NCBI GenBank assembly: GCA_038087875.1
Contig: JAXLNO010000041.1
Span: forward strand, 124,001-188,000
Reading direction: 5' to 3'
Source of the DNA: Malacoraja senta
Lineage: Eukaryota
Length of the DNA stretch: 64,000 nucleotides
Positions 23,336 to 36,090 of the stretch are shown in pieces. Numbering within the stretch: position 1 is the stretch's first letter; every line of letters starts with the position of its first letter. The notes under the pieces are model-generated. The model did not search any database, had not been told where the DNA came from, and saw only the letters and a program-made list of their open reading frames with translations. The translations under genes were made by a program, and so were the position numbers.

Positions 23336-24839
23336 ATGTGGTTCCTCATTATTTGGATGTCGTGGGGAACATTTTTGATAAGTAATAGTAGGTATGTTAC
23401 AAAACTTACCTTCAGTCGCGCTGTAATTCTGCCACTGGCCGTGTGCGCGATTTTGGCGCCTTTAAGGGGGGGGGGGGCGGGGTTAAAACGCGGTTTCTTC
23501 TCCCTTGTCCTGGAAATATTTTGTTGGAGTACAAAACTTCGCTGACAAAATCGTTCCTACCCGCGTTTTGTGATTTTTTTTTATTTATTAAATCGTCAAT
23601 GTCAGCGCTACAGTCATTTTAAAATCAGCTCCTGAAGCGTCAACGCCAATAACGGGGACGGATTTCACACAACGGACAGGTAAACGAAAGTGCTTTCTTT
23701 AAATGTATAAAAGTGCTTCTTAAGAAGCCTTTAATTCACATTTTGTCATGCGACACGGTGATTTTATTCCCCGAATTAACGGCAGTATTTTTCATGCCAA
23801 TACGGGGTTAAATTCACCGCAAATGAACGTTCCAAAAGATCGCGTTCCAGAAATTCTCACTCGCAAGATGAATTAAATCCCCATTAATTTACAGGTATTA
23901 AACATTCAATTCCTTCCATTTGGCCTGTAAATTCATGAAAATTAGATTAAAAAATTATGTTATATTGTGAATTATTGTGTGAATGTTATTTGGACACTTA
24001 GGCTATTTAAAAATGTTAATCTATTCTTAAGAAATTGATAGATGTTTAGATCTAGTAATTGAATTTTGTAATTAGCTACAATTAGGTAACTAACTAATTA
24101 TATGCTTTACTTTCATGTCTTCGAAGTAAGATTGTTTCATATTTGTTTCAGAATGCTTCAATGTATAATACCTGAAAATTTCTTTCAGTTACCATAATGT
24201 TTAAGAAAGTTATGGGCTTTTAACTGTCCTCGATCACAGCTTTTGTGTTAAGTCAATGGAAAAGCAATAGGGAACTAGATGCTAATTTCTGAGTATGATA
24301 ATGGCCATAACTTTTTTAATACTGAAGATATGAAAGTGAATTAAGTGTCAAATTAAACTTCTTTTTATGCTTTATCTGATGGGATAAATTGCAGACTTTA
24401 TTTTTTAAATCTCAAAATTTTGTAACATTGCTAGTAATAGTGACACACATGCATTTTTTCTCTCTTTTACTTGTGAAACAGGGTATGAATCTCGCAGGTC
24501 TGATCAATTTTTTCCGTTTGCATTTATTTTTACAGATCACGGCCGTGCAGATTCCGTCACTCAGTCGTCGCCATTAGCAGTGAAGACAGAAGGAGAAGCA
24601 GTGACGTTGGAATGCACATACAAAACCCCGGGTGCCTACATTATATACTGGTATCGACAGATGCTCGTCTCAGCGCCCGAGTACACTTTACGGAAAGACA
24701 GCAATGGCAATGAATGGAAAGCGGACTTTGCTGTAGGTCGTTTCTCTGTCGAACTCCGCACCGGGAGTAAATTCATCAGTTTGACCATCTCAGATCTGGA
24801 GCTGAGCGACTCTGCAGTTTATTAATGCACGTTGAGCCG
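23336..24839 (+). pseudogene. TRAV/TRDV: V11 (family B-related subfamily) pseudogene
   Basis: Leader 23336-23381 MWFLIIWMSWGTFLI; V exon 24536-24839; TAA (24823-24825) replaces the second Tyr of YYC; transposon in intron. Confidence 0.88.
23389..24433. mobile_element. Non-autonomous TIR DNA transposon (1045 bp) in V11 intron
   Basis: 16-bp imperfect TIRs TAGGTATGTTACAAAA / TTTTGTAACATTGCTA; 7-bp TSD GTAATAG (23382-88, 24434-40); absent from the paralogous V14 intron. Confidence 0.85.
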
Positions 24840-24877
24840 CACAGTGATGGGAATCAGTATACACCCGTACAGAAACA
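24840..24877 (+). promoter_or_regulatory. RSS of V11 (22-nt spacer)
   Basis: CACAGTG + 22 nt + ACAGAAACA. Confidence 0.8.
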
Positions 24878-25459
24878 CAAGGCGCCTTGTGGCTCGGGTT
24901 GGAATCCAATGCAAGCCTCACACCGGTTCCTGTTCGCGGTTTCCTGTCATTCTGAGAATTGTTTCCAAAGTCGTTTTTGGTACGATTTGCGCAGGTGCGC
25001 CGGTGGCTTGCTTCGTATTCGCTGAGATCTGTCAACCCTGTGTCTCTTCCTTCCGTTACTGGCTCCTGTTCTTTTGTATTCTCCGCTCCGTGTCTCTCTC
25101 TGTCCAACAGCTTCGAAATTAAAGTCTCGCAGCTTCCCAGCTTTTCAGCAAACGCTGTATTAGGAATGTTCCTTGTTCTATTCGGATTCCGAAATTTTTT
25201 ATTCAATGTCTCCCATGAGTTGTGAACATTTCCCACCGATTACGATGATCAGAACGCCATTAATAAGCTAATTTGGTCCACGCTGCTAAACAGGGTTTGT
25301 CGACTGCTCCGACAGCGCCAGAGACACGGGTGTGAACCTGACCTCGCCGTTGTCGGTGCGTAGTTTGCACGTTCTTCTGTTCGTTCAAATAGATCGTGAT
25401 ATAACGGATAGTTGCAGGATATCTTACTCAGAATAAGGAAAGCAAGAACCCGCGGACAT

Positions 25460-25845
25460 GGGTATAAGGTGGAGGGAGGCGGGGTGGGGGGAAGGGGTGG
25501 TTAATAGGAACCTGAGGGGTAACGTTTTGGACACATATGTGGCGGTGCATGGAAGGAGCTGCCGGAGGAGGCAGTTAAGGCAGGGACTATCGCAACGTTG
25601 AAGAAACCTTTAGACAAGGACATGGATTGGACAGGTTTAGAGGGATATGGGCAACACGCAGGCAGACGGGTGTACTAAATGCTGGAGTAACTCAGCGGGA
25701 CAGGCAGAATTTCTGGAGAGAAGGAATGGGTGACGTTTCGGGTCGAGACCCTTCTTCAGACGTCCTCAGATGGGGCATGTTGGTCGTCGTGGGCAAGTTA
25801 GGCCGAAGGACCCGTTTCCATGGTGTATGACTTTATGAATCTATA
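25460..25845 (+). mobile_element. CR1-type LINE 3' fragment with composite tail (paralog ~41170-41570)
   Basis: ...WKELPEEAVKAGTIATLKKPLDKDMD... matches a CR1 ORF2 C-terminus; boundaries approximate. Confidence 0.6.
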
Positions 25846-26220
25846 ATTAATTTATTCTTCAATCCCCGACACCATCAATTGATTGGTGTTGAGATGCAAC
25901 ATGAAAACAGGCCATTCATTGAACTGAGTGCACGTCGACCATCAATCACCTGTTCACACTAGTTCTTACTTTCGCATTTGCTCCCTAAGCATGAAGGCCA
26001 ATTGACCTACAATCTCGCAAGACATTCGAGATATGGGGGGAAATCGGGGGAAACATAAGCGGTCGCATGTATAACCGGCAGACTCCACACAGCCAGCACC
26101 TCAGGTGAAAAAAAAACGGGAAGCTTCACCACTGTGCCATGGTAGAGGGTTGAGGCGTAATAGAGAAATGGGGCATCAACGTTTGGGATACAATTTAGTT
26201 CATTCGAAAAATAAATTTAA

Positions 26221-26518
26221 TTCAGTTTAGTTTCGAGATACAACGCAGAAACAGGTCCATCGGCCCACCGAGACCGCACCGACCAGCGAGCCCCACACAT
26301 TAACATTATCCTACACACACTAGGGACAATTTACACTTACACCAAGCCAATTAATCTACATGCCTGTACGCCACAGTTCTTGGGGAAAATCCACGAGGTC
26401 ATGGTGAGAACCTAGAAACTCCGTACAGACAGCACCCGTAGTCGGGATCGATTCCGTATCTCCGGCGCTGGAAGTGCTGTGAGGCAGCAACTCTACTGCT
26501 GCGCCACCGTGGCCGCTC
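26221..26518 (-). mobile_element. HE1-type SINE (paralogs ~41955-42243; head-only copies ~32599-32740 and ~47311-47456)
   Basis: tRNA-like head and HE1 tail on minus strand. Confidence 0.75.
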
Positions 26519-29500
26519 GGAATTTAATTTGTTTGGATTCGAATGGTGGGCACGAAAAATTATTCACGCGAATGCTTTGCGGTTTGGGAGCACACCGTGA
26601 ATGTTGGTATATGAACACAAGGCATTTTTCGCGGGGAATAATAAAGATAGGCACCAAGACAAAAAAGATTTGCACACGCTAAAAAAAACTTCAAAATAAA
26701 AAAAATTGCCTTCTCCTCCTTGAACGAATAGTGATCTGGTAAATGTTTGAAGAAGCGACGAGTGGATCTCATAATTGAAACTGGAGATGAACAGCCAACA
26801 AAACAATTTGCAGCAATATGAAGTGTGACATACCGTTATTCAAGTAGAGGAGCGTCTTGGCGTTCAAATCTTTATCTCAATCTCGGATTCCTTGCCTTTC
26901 TCTTAACATCTCCTCTGTGCCATTTTACAAAGCTCTTGCCCACATATCGCTCCTACTCGTGCCTTTGCCCTTATCTCATTTCAGCCCCTGACAACGCTCG
27001 GTTGTTATAATATTATTATCAGTGGCATTAGTTTTATGTATGTTGTAAGATAATTCATTGATTTAATTGAGAAATTCTTGGCACTGTTATTTTGAAGAGC
27101 GCGCGCCGGTGTGGACATATTTGGCGACTTGATGCCTATCTTTATCATTCTCTCAGAACATTATTATTACCGATATTCAACCCGACGTGGTTCACCCCAA
27201 GCTCTGCCTCAACAATGACTGTATTCAGATAAAATATACCGTACGTCCAACAGTAGCAGTGCCCCCCAAGTTCGACTCTGTAGATCTGTGATTAGTCGGA
27301 GTATTTGGCAAATAAGCTTGCAGTGTAGTTACCCGATTGACCAACTAACCGGGATACACGCCTGAGTACACTGTAATTGACGATCCATTCCCTCTATAAC
27401 AATATAACCAGGTTATTCTGCCGAACACTTATTTTCCCAGCTGAATCCAGGCAGATCAATAACATTCGAACATTTTAAGACACGACAAAATTTTCCAGAA
27501 AGATAGCCAATTTAACGAAGAAAATGTTATGTAGCAATGTGTCTTTATTTGAAATAAAGATAATTTTCTTCTTGCTTGTTTCGCTTCCTTATGTAGGAAT
27601 TAGGATCGTGCTAAGCGTTTATTCCGTATATCTTACCCTTTCTACCAGAACAGCCTTCCAGTACATTCTTGAAAGCAATCAAAAATTGATCCAATTCCGT
27701 GTAAATCAGGCCAAACTATATGTATTCCAGGGAAGAGAACACGGTTGACAATTTCGCAATGCGTTCTTCATTTTCTGGTTTCCTTATGATGCAGCAGATA
27801 TTACATTTGCCTTCCGCAAATGAAAACATTAGAGACAAGTCGCAAATTACTAGAGGTGCTGGAATGTGCAGCAAAAATAACATTATGTGTTGGAGGATCT
27901 CAGCGGCGTCTGCCAGACATTGTACAAGTAAATGGAATTCGTGAGAAGAGATGTAGTACACGAACGGTGAATCCCCACCTGAGGATTAAATAATTAGTGG
28001 ATGGACGCTGGCGAGTGAGAGACGGGTGGAGATAACAGCAGGGCTTAGTACGATGCCTGTTCCTTCGTTGTCCATATGGAACATCCTGTGTTGCAAACCC
28101 ATTCTCGCAAATTTCCCCATTCGGCCTCCCCTGCGCGGACGACGGCTTGTGTACTGCCTCTTGGAAATCTTTGGCGACTTGATGCCTATCTTTATCATTC
28201 TCTTAGAACATTCTTGTTACCGATATTCAACCTGACGTGGTTCACCCCAAGCTCTGCCTCAACGATTACTGTATTCAGACAAATTATACCGTACGTCCAA
28301 CAGTAGCAGTGCTCCTCAAGTTCGACTCTGTAGATCTGTGATTAGTCGGAGTATTTGGCAAATAAGCCTGCAGTGTAGTTACCCGATTGACAAACTAACC
28401 GGGATACACGCCTGAGTACACTGTGCTTGACGATCCATTCCATCTATAGCAATAAAATACCAGGTTATTCTGCCGATCACTTATTTTCGCAGCTGAGTCC
28501 AGGCAGATCAATAACATTCGAACATTTTATGACACGCCTACAATTTCCAGAAAGATATCCCATTTAACGAAGACAATTTTATGTAGCAACGTGTCTTTAT
28601 TTGAAATAAAGATAATTTTCATCTTGCTTGTTTCGTTCCCTTATGTAGGAATTAGGATCGTGCTAAGCGTTTATTTGCTATACGTTACCCTTTCTACCAG
28701 AACAGCCTTCCAGTCAATTCTTGAAAGCAATCAGAAATTGATCCAATTCCCTGTAAATCAGGCCAAACCTTATTTATGCCAGGGAAGAGAACACGGTTGG
28801 CAATTTCGCAATGGGTTATTCATTTTCTGGTTTCCTTATGATGCAGCAGATATTACATTTGCCTTGCGCAATTGAAAACATTGTGGTGCATTAGAGACAA
28901 GTCACAAATGACTAGAGATGCTGGAATCTGCAGCAAAAATAACATTATGTGTTGGTGGAACTGAACGGCGTCTGCCAGACATTGTACAAGAAAATGGAAT
29001 GCGTGAGACGAGATGTAGTACACGGACGGTGAATCCCCGCCTAAGGATTAAAGAATTAGTGGATGGACTCTGGTGAGAGAGAGGCTGGTGGAGATAACAG
29101 CTGGGCTTGGAACGATGCCTGTTTCTTCGTTGTCCATATGGAGCATCCTTTGTTGCAAACCCATTCTCGCAAACTTCCCCATTCGGCCTCCCCTACGCGG
29201 ACTGCGGCGTGTGGACTGCCTCTTGGAAACATGCAGATCAGGCTAATATTATTAACTTCGCCACTAACGTCCGCCTCGGCCTCCAATTGACTGGAGCCAC
29301 TTTGCCCCTCCTATTTCATAATCGTTTTGTCTCTGTGGTTACACCGAATCAACAGATGAGTGATCATGTAATCTGCAGCAAAAACATTAAACCATTTGCT
29401 GGAACAGTGTCCACTTGAATCCTGTTGGGACCAGTATCCTGGCAAACTACACAACGGGGCGGTAGATAGGGCTTCCTGCTGCAAGTGGGATGGTTCATAT

Positions 29501-29651
29501 TGCCCCACACACCTTCAACATATATCCTCTGGTTCTCTATTCCGCTATACGGGGCAAGTGACTCTGTGCGTTTACCCGATCTACTCCTCTCATGGTTTTG
29601 GACACCCTTCACCCCCCTGCGCATCATGGAATAAAGTCCTCGCCAACTCAT

Positions 29652-30255
29652 CCTCACCATGCTCAGTGGCACGGCGGCACGGTGGCGTAACTGGATAGCT
29701 ACATTCTTACTGCGCCAGAGACACGGGTATGCTGACTACGGGTGCTTGTATGTACAGTTTATACGCTCTCCCCGTGACTTGCGTGGGTTGTCTCCGAGAT
29801 CTTGGATTTTCGCCCACAATCCAAAGACGTACATGTTTGTAGGTTAATTGGCTTGTTATGAATACCTGGACTATGGTACAGCATCCCTCTTCCCATCAGA
29901 ACAGCCCCCTCCATCACCTCTTTTAAGTCTAGACTTAAAACTAATTTCTACTCTCAAGCGTTTCCTGAGGTCCTCTGAGGGAGCGCTGCATGTATGTACT
30001 CATGTATGTATTGTTGATCTATGTACAACAGTATGTAGCACGTTTAGTACCTGCACTAATGTAAAGCACTTTGCACAACGAGAGTTGTTTTTGAATGTGC
30101 TATTGAAATAAAATTGACTTTACTTGACTTGATCAATGCAAAATTGTCCCTAGTGTGCGTAGGGTATTGTTGATGTGCGAGGATCACTGGTAGGTGCGGA
30201 CTTTGTGGGCCGAAGGGCAAGTTTCCGCGCTGTATCTCTGAATTACACGAATCAA
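29652..30255 (+). mobile_element. HE1-type SINE interrupted by a 274-bp L2 3' fragment (29859-30132)
   Basis: SINE ggcggcacggtggcg...ggcttgtta|insert|tcaatgcaaaattgtccc; insert encodes IRTAPSITSFKSRLKTNFYSQAF and ends in an (ACTTG)n tail; paralogs 44536-44809 and 56498-56764. Confidence 0.7.
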
Positions 30256-30808
30256 AACTCAGTCCCTTGGATGCTGGCAACATCATCGCAAGTTTTCTGT
30301 GCACCATTTCCTGCTGGACACCATCTTTCATATGACAAGTGCGCAAAACGGAACGCAATACTATAAAGGTTGCCTCGCGTGCTAACTTGCATCTATCTCG
30401 CATCGCATCCGCTCCTTGCGGTTCGATGTGGAAATGGGGGTCATTTCTAACTCGGAATTAAATTGAAACAGAAAGTACATTTCGCCAGGCAATCAACGTA
30501 ACCTATAAATCCCGCATTGACCCGCTCCTCACAGTTCCTTTACATTATGATACCTTCGTGTTCCTAACAAAAGCCGAGCCGAGTTTCCCCTTTTACAGCG
30601 ATGAGGGCGTTTCCTTCCCCACATGCCTAACCTGAATGAACGCTAACCGAGTCGCAACTGGGGAGGAAGCTTGGGTAGGGGGAAGTCAGTCGCTTCCCGC
30701 CCATCGTTACCTCTGCGCCACCAGCAGCAACCGTAGAGGCGAGAACATCCGAAAGCCGCACAGCACCAGGTCGATGAGGGAAGTTCACAAAGAGTTTTCA
30801 CAGGGAAA

Positions 30809-31740
30809 ATGCGCGTATTTGCCATTTGGATTGCGTGGGGAGCATGCCTGATAGGTAACATCGCAACAGTTAATCCGGCTACTTGCTCAGACGAAAGGTC
30901 GACCATCATTGTGAATGTGAACCGGTCTAATCTTTCCCTACATGTAAATGGAAAGCCGGATACTATCTAATCGCCATCCATATGCAATGGAGAAAATGAA
31001 TTGATATAGGTAATGTTTCGTGTCGAGACCCTTCTTCAGGTCACGTATTCCTTTTGTCAAGAGAGGCTGGCTGATACGCTGAGTGACTACAACTTCTTGT
31101 GTCTAACTTCGGTTTAAGTCAACATCTGCAGTTCCTTCCTACCTCTCATCCGCGGCAATGTTCGATTCACCTCGATATGCAAGGGAACTATGCGATGCAT
31201 ATCTACCCTAGTGTCGACATTGGCCTTTGTCTTTGGAACTGATTCGCTACAATAATAATAACTTTATTCTGCACTCTCTATCTTCCCTTCATCTATCTAT
31301 TGAGCGTGCATTTGATTTGATTGTATTTAGGTATATTATCAGTTGATCTGTTTGGGTGACATGTAATACAAAGGTCTTCCGCGTATTTCGGTGCACGCAT
31401 GACAAACCTAAACTTTATCCATATATTTTTCAGATCCCAATCATGGAGATACCGTCACACAATCGCTGCCGTCAGCACAGAATGTACAAGGAGAGTCGAT
31501 GACTTTCAGCTGCACCTATGACACTGCAGAAACGTACTACGACTTACTTTGGTACCGGCATCATCAGGACTCAAGGCCCGTGTTCCTACTGTGGAAATAT
31601 TCAAGAGGAAGCGAGAAGAAAGCCGATTTTGCAGGGGATCGCTTCTCTGCCCTGCTCCAGACCAATAGAAAATTAGTCAGTTTAACACTTTCGGGGCTGG
31701 AGCTGAGCGACTCTGCAGTTTATTACTGCGCCTTTAGCCG
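30809..31740 (+). CDS. TRAV/TRDV: V12 (family B), apparently functional
   Basis: Leader 30809-30854 MRVFAIWIAWGACLI; V exon 31434-31740 (307 nt). Confidence 0.9.
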
Positions 31741-31779
31741 CACAGTGATGGAAACCAGTGAAACCTTCCTACAAAAACA
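31741..31779 (+). promoter_or_regulatory. 23-RSS of V12
   Basis: CACAGTG + 23 nt + ACAAAAACA. Confidence 0.92.
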
Positions 31780-33881
31780 TCAGTTTCTGCTTTGCCTGCT
31801 GCAGCGAGATACGTCTGCACCGCGCTTGGTGGTTGTGGTTTCCCGCCGCCTGAGAATTCTTCACAACTCACTCAGTTTTTTTCTCGAGGGTGGCTTGCGG
31901 TATCATCGGCGGCTGAAACCCACCGACTCCCTTTCTGTGCTCTGTGCTGACGGCGGCATCTGTGTGAACAGAATCGCCATGTCTGGTGTCTGGAAAACAC
32001 ATGGATTGGGTTTAGATTTATAATGGTCAGAGATACAGTGATGAACTATGCTTCCCATGCTGGCCAGCAGATCAGACAACGGTCCATAAATACAACGCAT
32101 TCAAACCGAAGTGCAATAGATAGAGCAAAGGGAAAGATACAGAGTGCAGAATAAAGTTCTCCACATTGTAGCGCATCAATTCCAGAATCAAATCCCAATG
32201 TCCGCAATGCGGTAGATGTGCACCGGCCTGTACTCCACTTTATGAAGTTAAATCCTGTAGTACCCTGCCGAAGATAGACACAAAATGCAGGTGGGACAGG
32301 AGGCATATCCGGAGTGAAGATGGGTGACGTTTCGGGTCGAGACTGAGATTCAGGGGAGAGGGAGACTACCGATATGGAACGGTAAGGTGTGAAAAAGATA
32401 GATTAAAACGGACCCGGGTCCAAGAAATGTCTAATATCATTGTTAGCTGGGGGAGAAGGCAACAACGTGGCATTCAAACAGAGACATTAGTGAGATTATG
32501 AATAATAACGAAATTGAAAATGTATCGCTTATAAGCGACGACGATCAACATCATCTTCTTCATCTGTGTGTTCCCTACAGCAGTACATCGATTCAGCAGG
32601 ATCTCGGAGAAGACCCACGAGGTCACGGCGAGAACCTACAAACTCCGTACACAGCACACGTAGACGGGATCGATGCCGTGTCTCCGGCGCTGCAAGTGCT
32701 GTAAGGCAGCAACTCTACTGCTGCGCCACCGTGGCCGCCCGGAATTTAATTTGATTGGGTTGGAAAGGTGGGCAGAATAAATAATCCTCGCGAATGCTTT
32801 GCGGTTTGGGAGCACACCGTGAATGTTGGTACATGACCGCAACACATTTTCGCTGAGAATAATAAAGATAGGCACCAAGTGAATAAAAGGTTTCCACACG
32901 CTAAAAAAAACATTTCAAATAAAAAAATGGCCTTCTCCTCCTTGAATAAACTGTGATCTGGTAAATGTTTGGTGAAGCGAGGCGTGGATCTCATCATTGA
33001 AACTGGAGATGAAGAACCAATGAAATAATTTGCAGCAATTTGAAGCGTGACATATCGTTGTTAAAGTAGAGGAGCGTCTTGGCGTTCAAAACTTCATCTC
33101 AATCTAGGATTCAATGCCTTTCTCTTAACGTCTCTTCTGTGCCATTTTACAAAGCCCTTGCCCACATGGCGCCCCTACTCGTGCCTTTGGCCTTATCTCC
33201 TTTCAGCCCCTGACAAAGCTAGAAGTATTATAATATTGTTATCAGTGGCATTAGTTTTATGTATGTTGTAAGATAATTAATTGAATTAATACAGAAATTC
33301 TTGTCACTGTTATTTTGAAGAGCGCGCGCCGGTGCGGAAATCTTTGGCGACTTTATCATTCTCTTAGAACATTATTGTTACCGATATTCAACCTGACGTG
33401 GTTCATCCCAAGCTCTGCCGCAACGATTACTGTATTCAGATAAAATATACCGTACGTCCAACAGTAGCAGTGCTCCTCAAGTTCGACTCTGCAGATCTGT
33501 GATTAGTCGGAGTATTTGGCAAATAAGCTTGCAGTGTAGTTACCCGATTGACCAACTAACCGGGATACACGCCTGTGTACACTGCGATGATGATCCATTC
33601 CCTCTATAACAATAAAATAGCTGGTTATTCTGCCGATCACTTATTTTCGCAGCTGAGTTCAAGCAGATCAATAACAATCGAACATTTTTAGACACGCCGA
33701 CATTTTCCAGAAAGATATCCAATTTAACGAAGACATTTTTATGTAGCAACGTGTCTTTATTTGAAATAAAGATAATTTCCATCTTGCTTGTTTCGCTTCT
33801 TATGCAGGAAATAGGATTGTGCTAAGCGGTTATTCCGTGTATCTTACCCTTTCTACCAGAACAGCCTTCCAGTCCATTCTT

Positions 33882-36090
33882 TAAAAAAAAATTCATAATG
33901 AAAATGAAAAGAGAGAATAGATTATAAAAGATAGAAAAACGTGTGATATATAGTGTGTGAGAAAGAAAAAGGGTGAAAGAAGAAAAGTGAAGAAAAGAAG
34001 ATAGAAAGAAAAATAGTAGAAAGTAAAAGATTAAGGAGATCGTTATTTATAATCTTGACCATCCATCACCCAGTCCTGGAACAGTTAGCTTCTACAATTG
34101 TGTTGCATCATATGCTTCCAAAAATACCACAAATGGAGACCAACTCGTTAAGAATTGGTCTGATTTATCTATTAGGAGGATTCGCATTTCCACAAGATGT
34201 GCGGTGTCCAACATGCTTGAAATCCACATTTTAAGCGTTGGTATTAGTGTATTTTTCCAAAATTTAAGTATTCGTTTTTTTGCCATTATTAAACCATAAT
34301 TAAAAAATAAATTTTGAGATGAGTTCAATTTATTCCCATCTTCCATTGCTCCAAATATAATCATTTCAGTATTAGGTTCCATTTTTATCTTGATTAATTT
34401 TGTAAATATTTCAAAAATATCACTCCAAAATGTATTAAGTTTTATGGTGGAAAATAAGAGTGTGGCATAGTTGCGTTTTGGGGTAATCATTTATCACAAA
34501 TGGGGGACATATTTGGATAGAATTTATTCAATCTAGTTTTTGAATACTATAATCTATGTAACATTTTAAATTGAATTAAATTATGTTTTACAATCGAACA
34601 CTTTTCCCATGTTTCCTTCGCAATTTTTATCATTAATTCTCGTTCCCACTCTTCTCTAAGTACCTCTGTCGATGGTAGGTCTATATTTAAAGTACTATTA
34701 TATATTCAATTCAATTCAATTCAATTCAATTCAACTTTAATGTCATTGCACAAATACTGGGTATGGGTACAACGAAATGCAGTTTTGCGTCAGTCCGTAG
34801 TAGTAGTGCAATATAGAAATTTTAAAAAAGAGGATACAGAATAATCAAAAATACAGAATAATTAACAATGGGGACGGAGGGACCGGAGGAATCTATCGGC
34901 GGGACTCCGAGTTCAGCAATGCGACGGTATAATTGAAGAAGCTGTTCCTCATCCCACTGGTACGAGACCTGAGGCTCCTGTACCGCCTCCCTGATGGGAG
35001 GAGGGCAAACAGTCCATGGTTGGGGTGGGAGGGGTCTTTAATGATCTTCCCAGCCCGTTTCAGACACCGTTTTCGGTGGAGGGCATCCATGGCAGGGAGC
35101 GGGGCACCGATGATGTGCTGCGCGGTTTTCACCACCCGTTGTAGTGCCTTCCTGTCCGCAACAGTGCAGCTGCTGTACCATACCGTGAAGCAGGTGGTCA
35201 GGATGCTCTCGATGGTACACCGGTAGACGTTGGTCAGGATCTGGGGGGACAGGTGGGCTTTCTTGAGCCTCCTCAGGAAGTAAAGGCGCTGCTGTGCCTT
35301 TTTGATCAGCTTGGAGGTGTTGAGGGACCAGGACAAATCCTCCGAGATGTGTACCCCGAGGAATTTGTATAAATATGATATTAATTTCTGTGAGTCAGCC
35401 TTAATATTCATTGCTTCTTCCAGTGGATCAAAAGTTATGTTTTGATATCAATGTATGTATTTCTTCATGAAGTCGCAAATCTGATATTTAAAATATTGGT
35501 TATTTTTCAGTTAAAATTTTAATTGTAATTGTTGGAATGATAACAGGTTTCCCATTTCATACATATCAGCGATCCTTTTAATTTCCAATCTTTCCTGTTG
35601 GTTATATGTTTTATCAATAAGAGATGGTTTAAATGAAGGATTATTCACTATTGGCATTAACAATGATAGATTTCTCATTTTTAAAGATAATTTCATTTGT
35701 TTCCAAATTCTTATTGTATCATGTATAATTGGGTTATTCTTATATATTGTGTTGTTCAGTTTTATCGGGGAGAAGAGGATCGCTCCTATGTTACAAGGAG
35801 AACAATCCTCTTTCTCCATTCTTATCCATTCTGTCTGTTGGGTAGAACTGTCCAACCAATAAATTATATTCTTAATATGCACTGCCCAATAGTAATACAA
35901 AAAGTTTGGATTTTAAAGTCTTAGATTTTAAATTACCCCTCTGTTTTACTGATTGGTCTAAGTATGGATCTAAAACAGAATTGAAGTCCACCCCTATTAT
36001 TACATTTTGGTAATTAAACTCTGATATTATATCTATAATTTTATATAAAAATTGGGGGTTGTCAAAGTTCGGAGCGTAAATATATATCAT
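33882..36090 (-). mobile_element. Internally deleted L1-clade LINE, paralogous to 48602-52499, 5' part removed by a later deletion
   Basis: Same insertion site (after ccagtccattctt) and essentially the same endonuclease-to-post-RT deletion junction (~35915-35935) as the 48.6 kb copy; EN motif IYIYAPNFDNPQF. Confidence 0.85.
34705..35367 (-). mobile_element. Rex1/Babar-type LINE 3' fragment nested in L1
   Basis: FLGVHISEDLSW...KKAQQRLYFLRRLKKA...YRCTIESIL; (TTGAA)n tail at 34705-34735; TATA duplication; absent from the paralog at ~49440. Confidence 0.85.

Larger units (their letters stand above)
29490..32590. repeat. ~3.1 kb inverted copy of the V10/V13 unit (contains V12)
   Basis: Reverse complement of ~20180-22600 and ~36410-39245 (SINE, promoter, leader, intron, V exon, downstream flank); equivalent inversion at ~44170-47300. 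Confidence 0.8.
19310..36090. repeat. Segmental duplication cassette copy 1 [V10(-), V11 pseudo(+), V12(+)]
   Basis: Block-by-block colinear with 36092-52675 and partly with 52676-56940, including the same L1 at the same site; boundaries approximate. Confidence 0.8.

Noticed and set aside
23078-23545. 155-aa ORF upstream of V11
   Set aside because: It overlaps the V11 leader exon and runs into the transposon end; not conserved as an ORF in the paralog at ~39700-40010.
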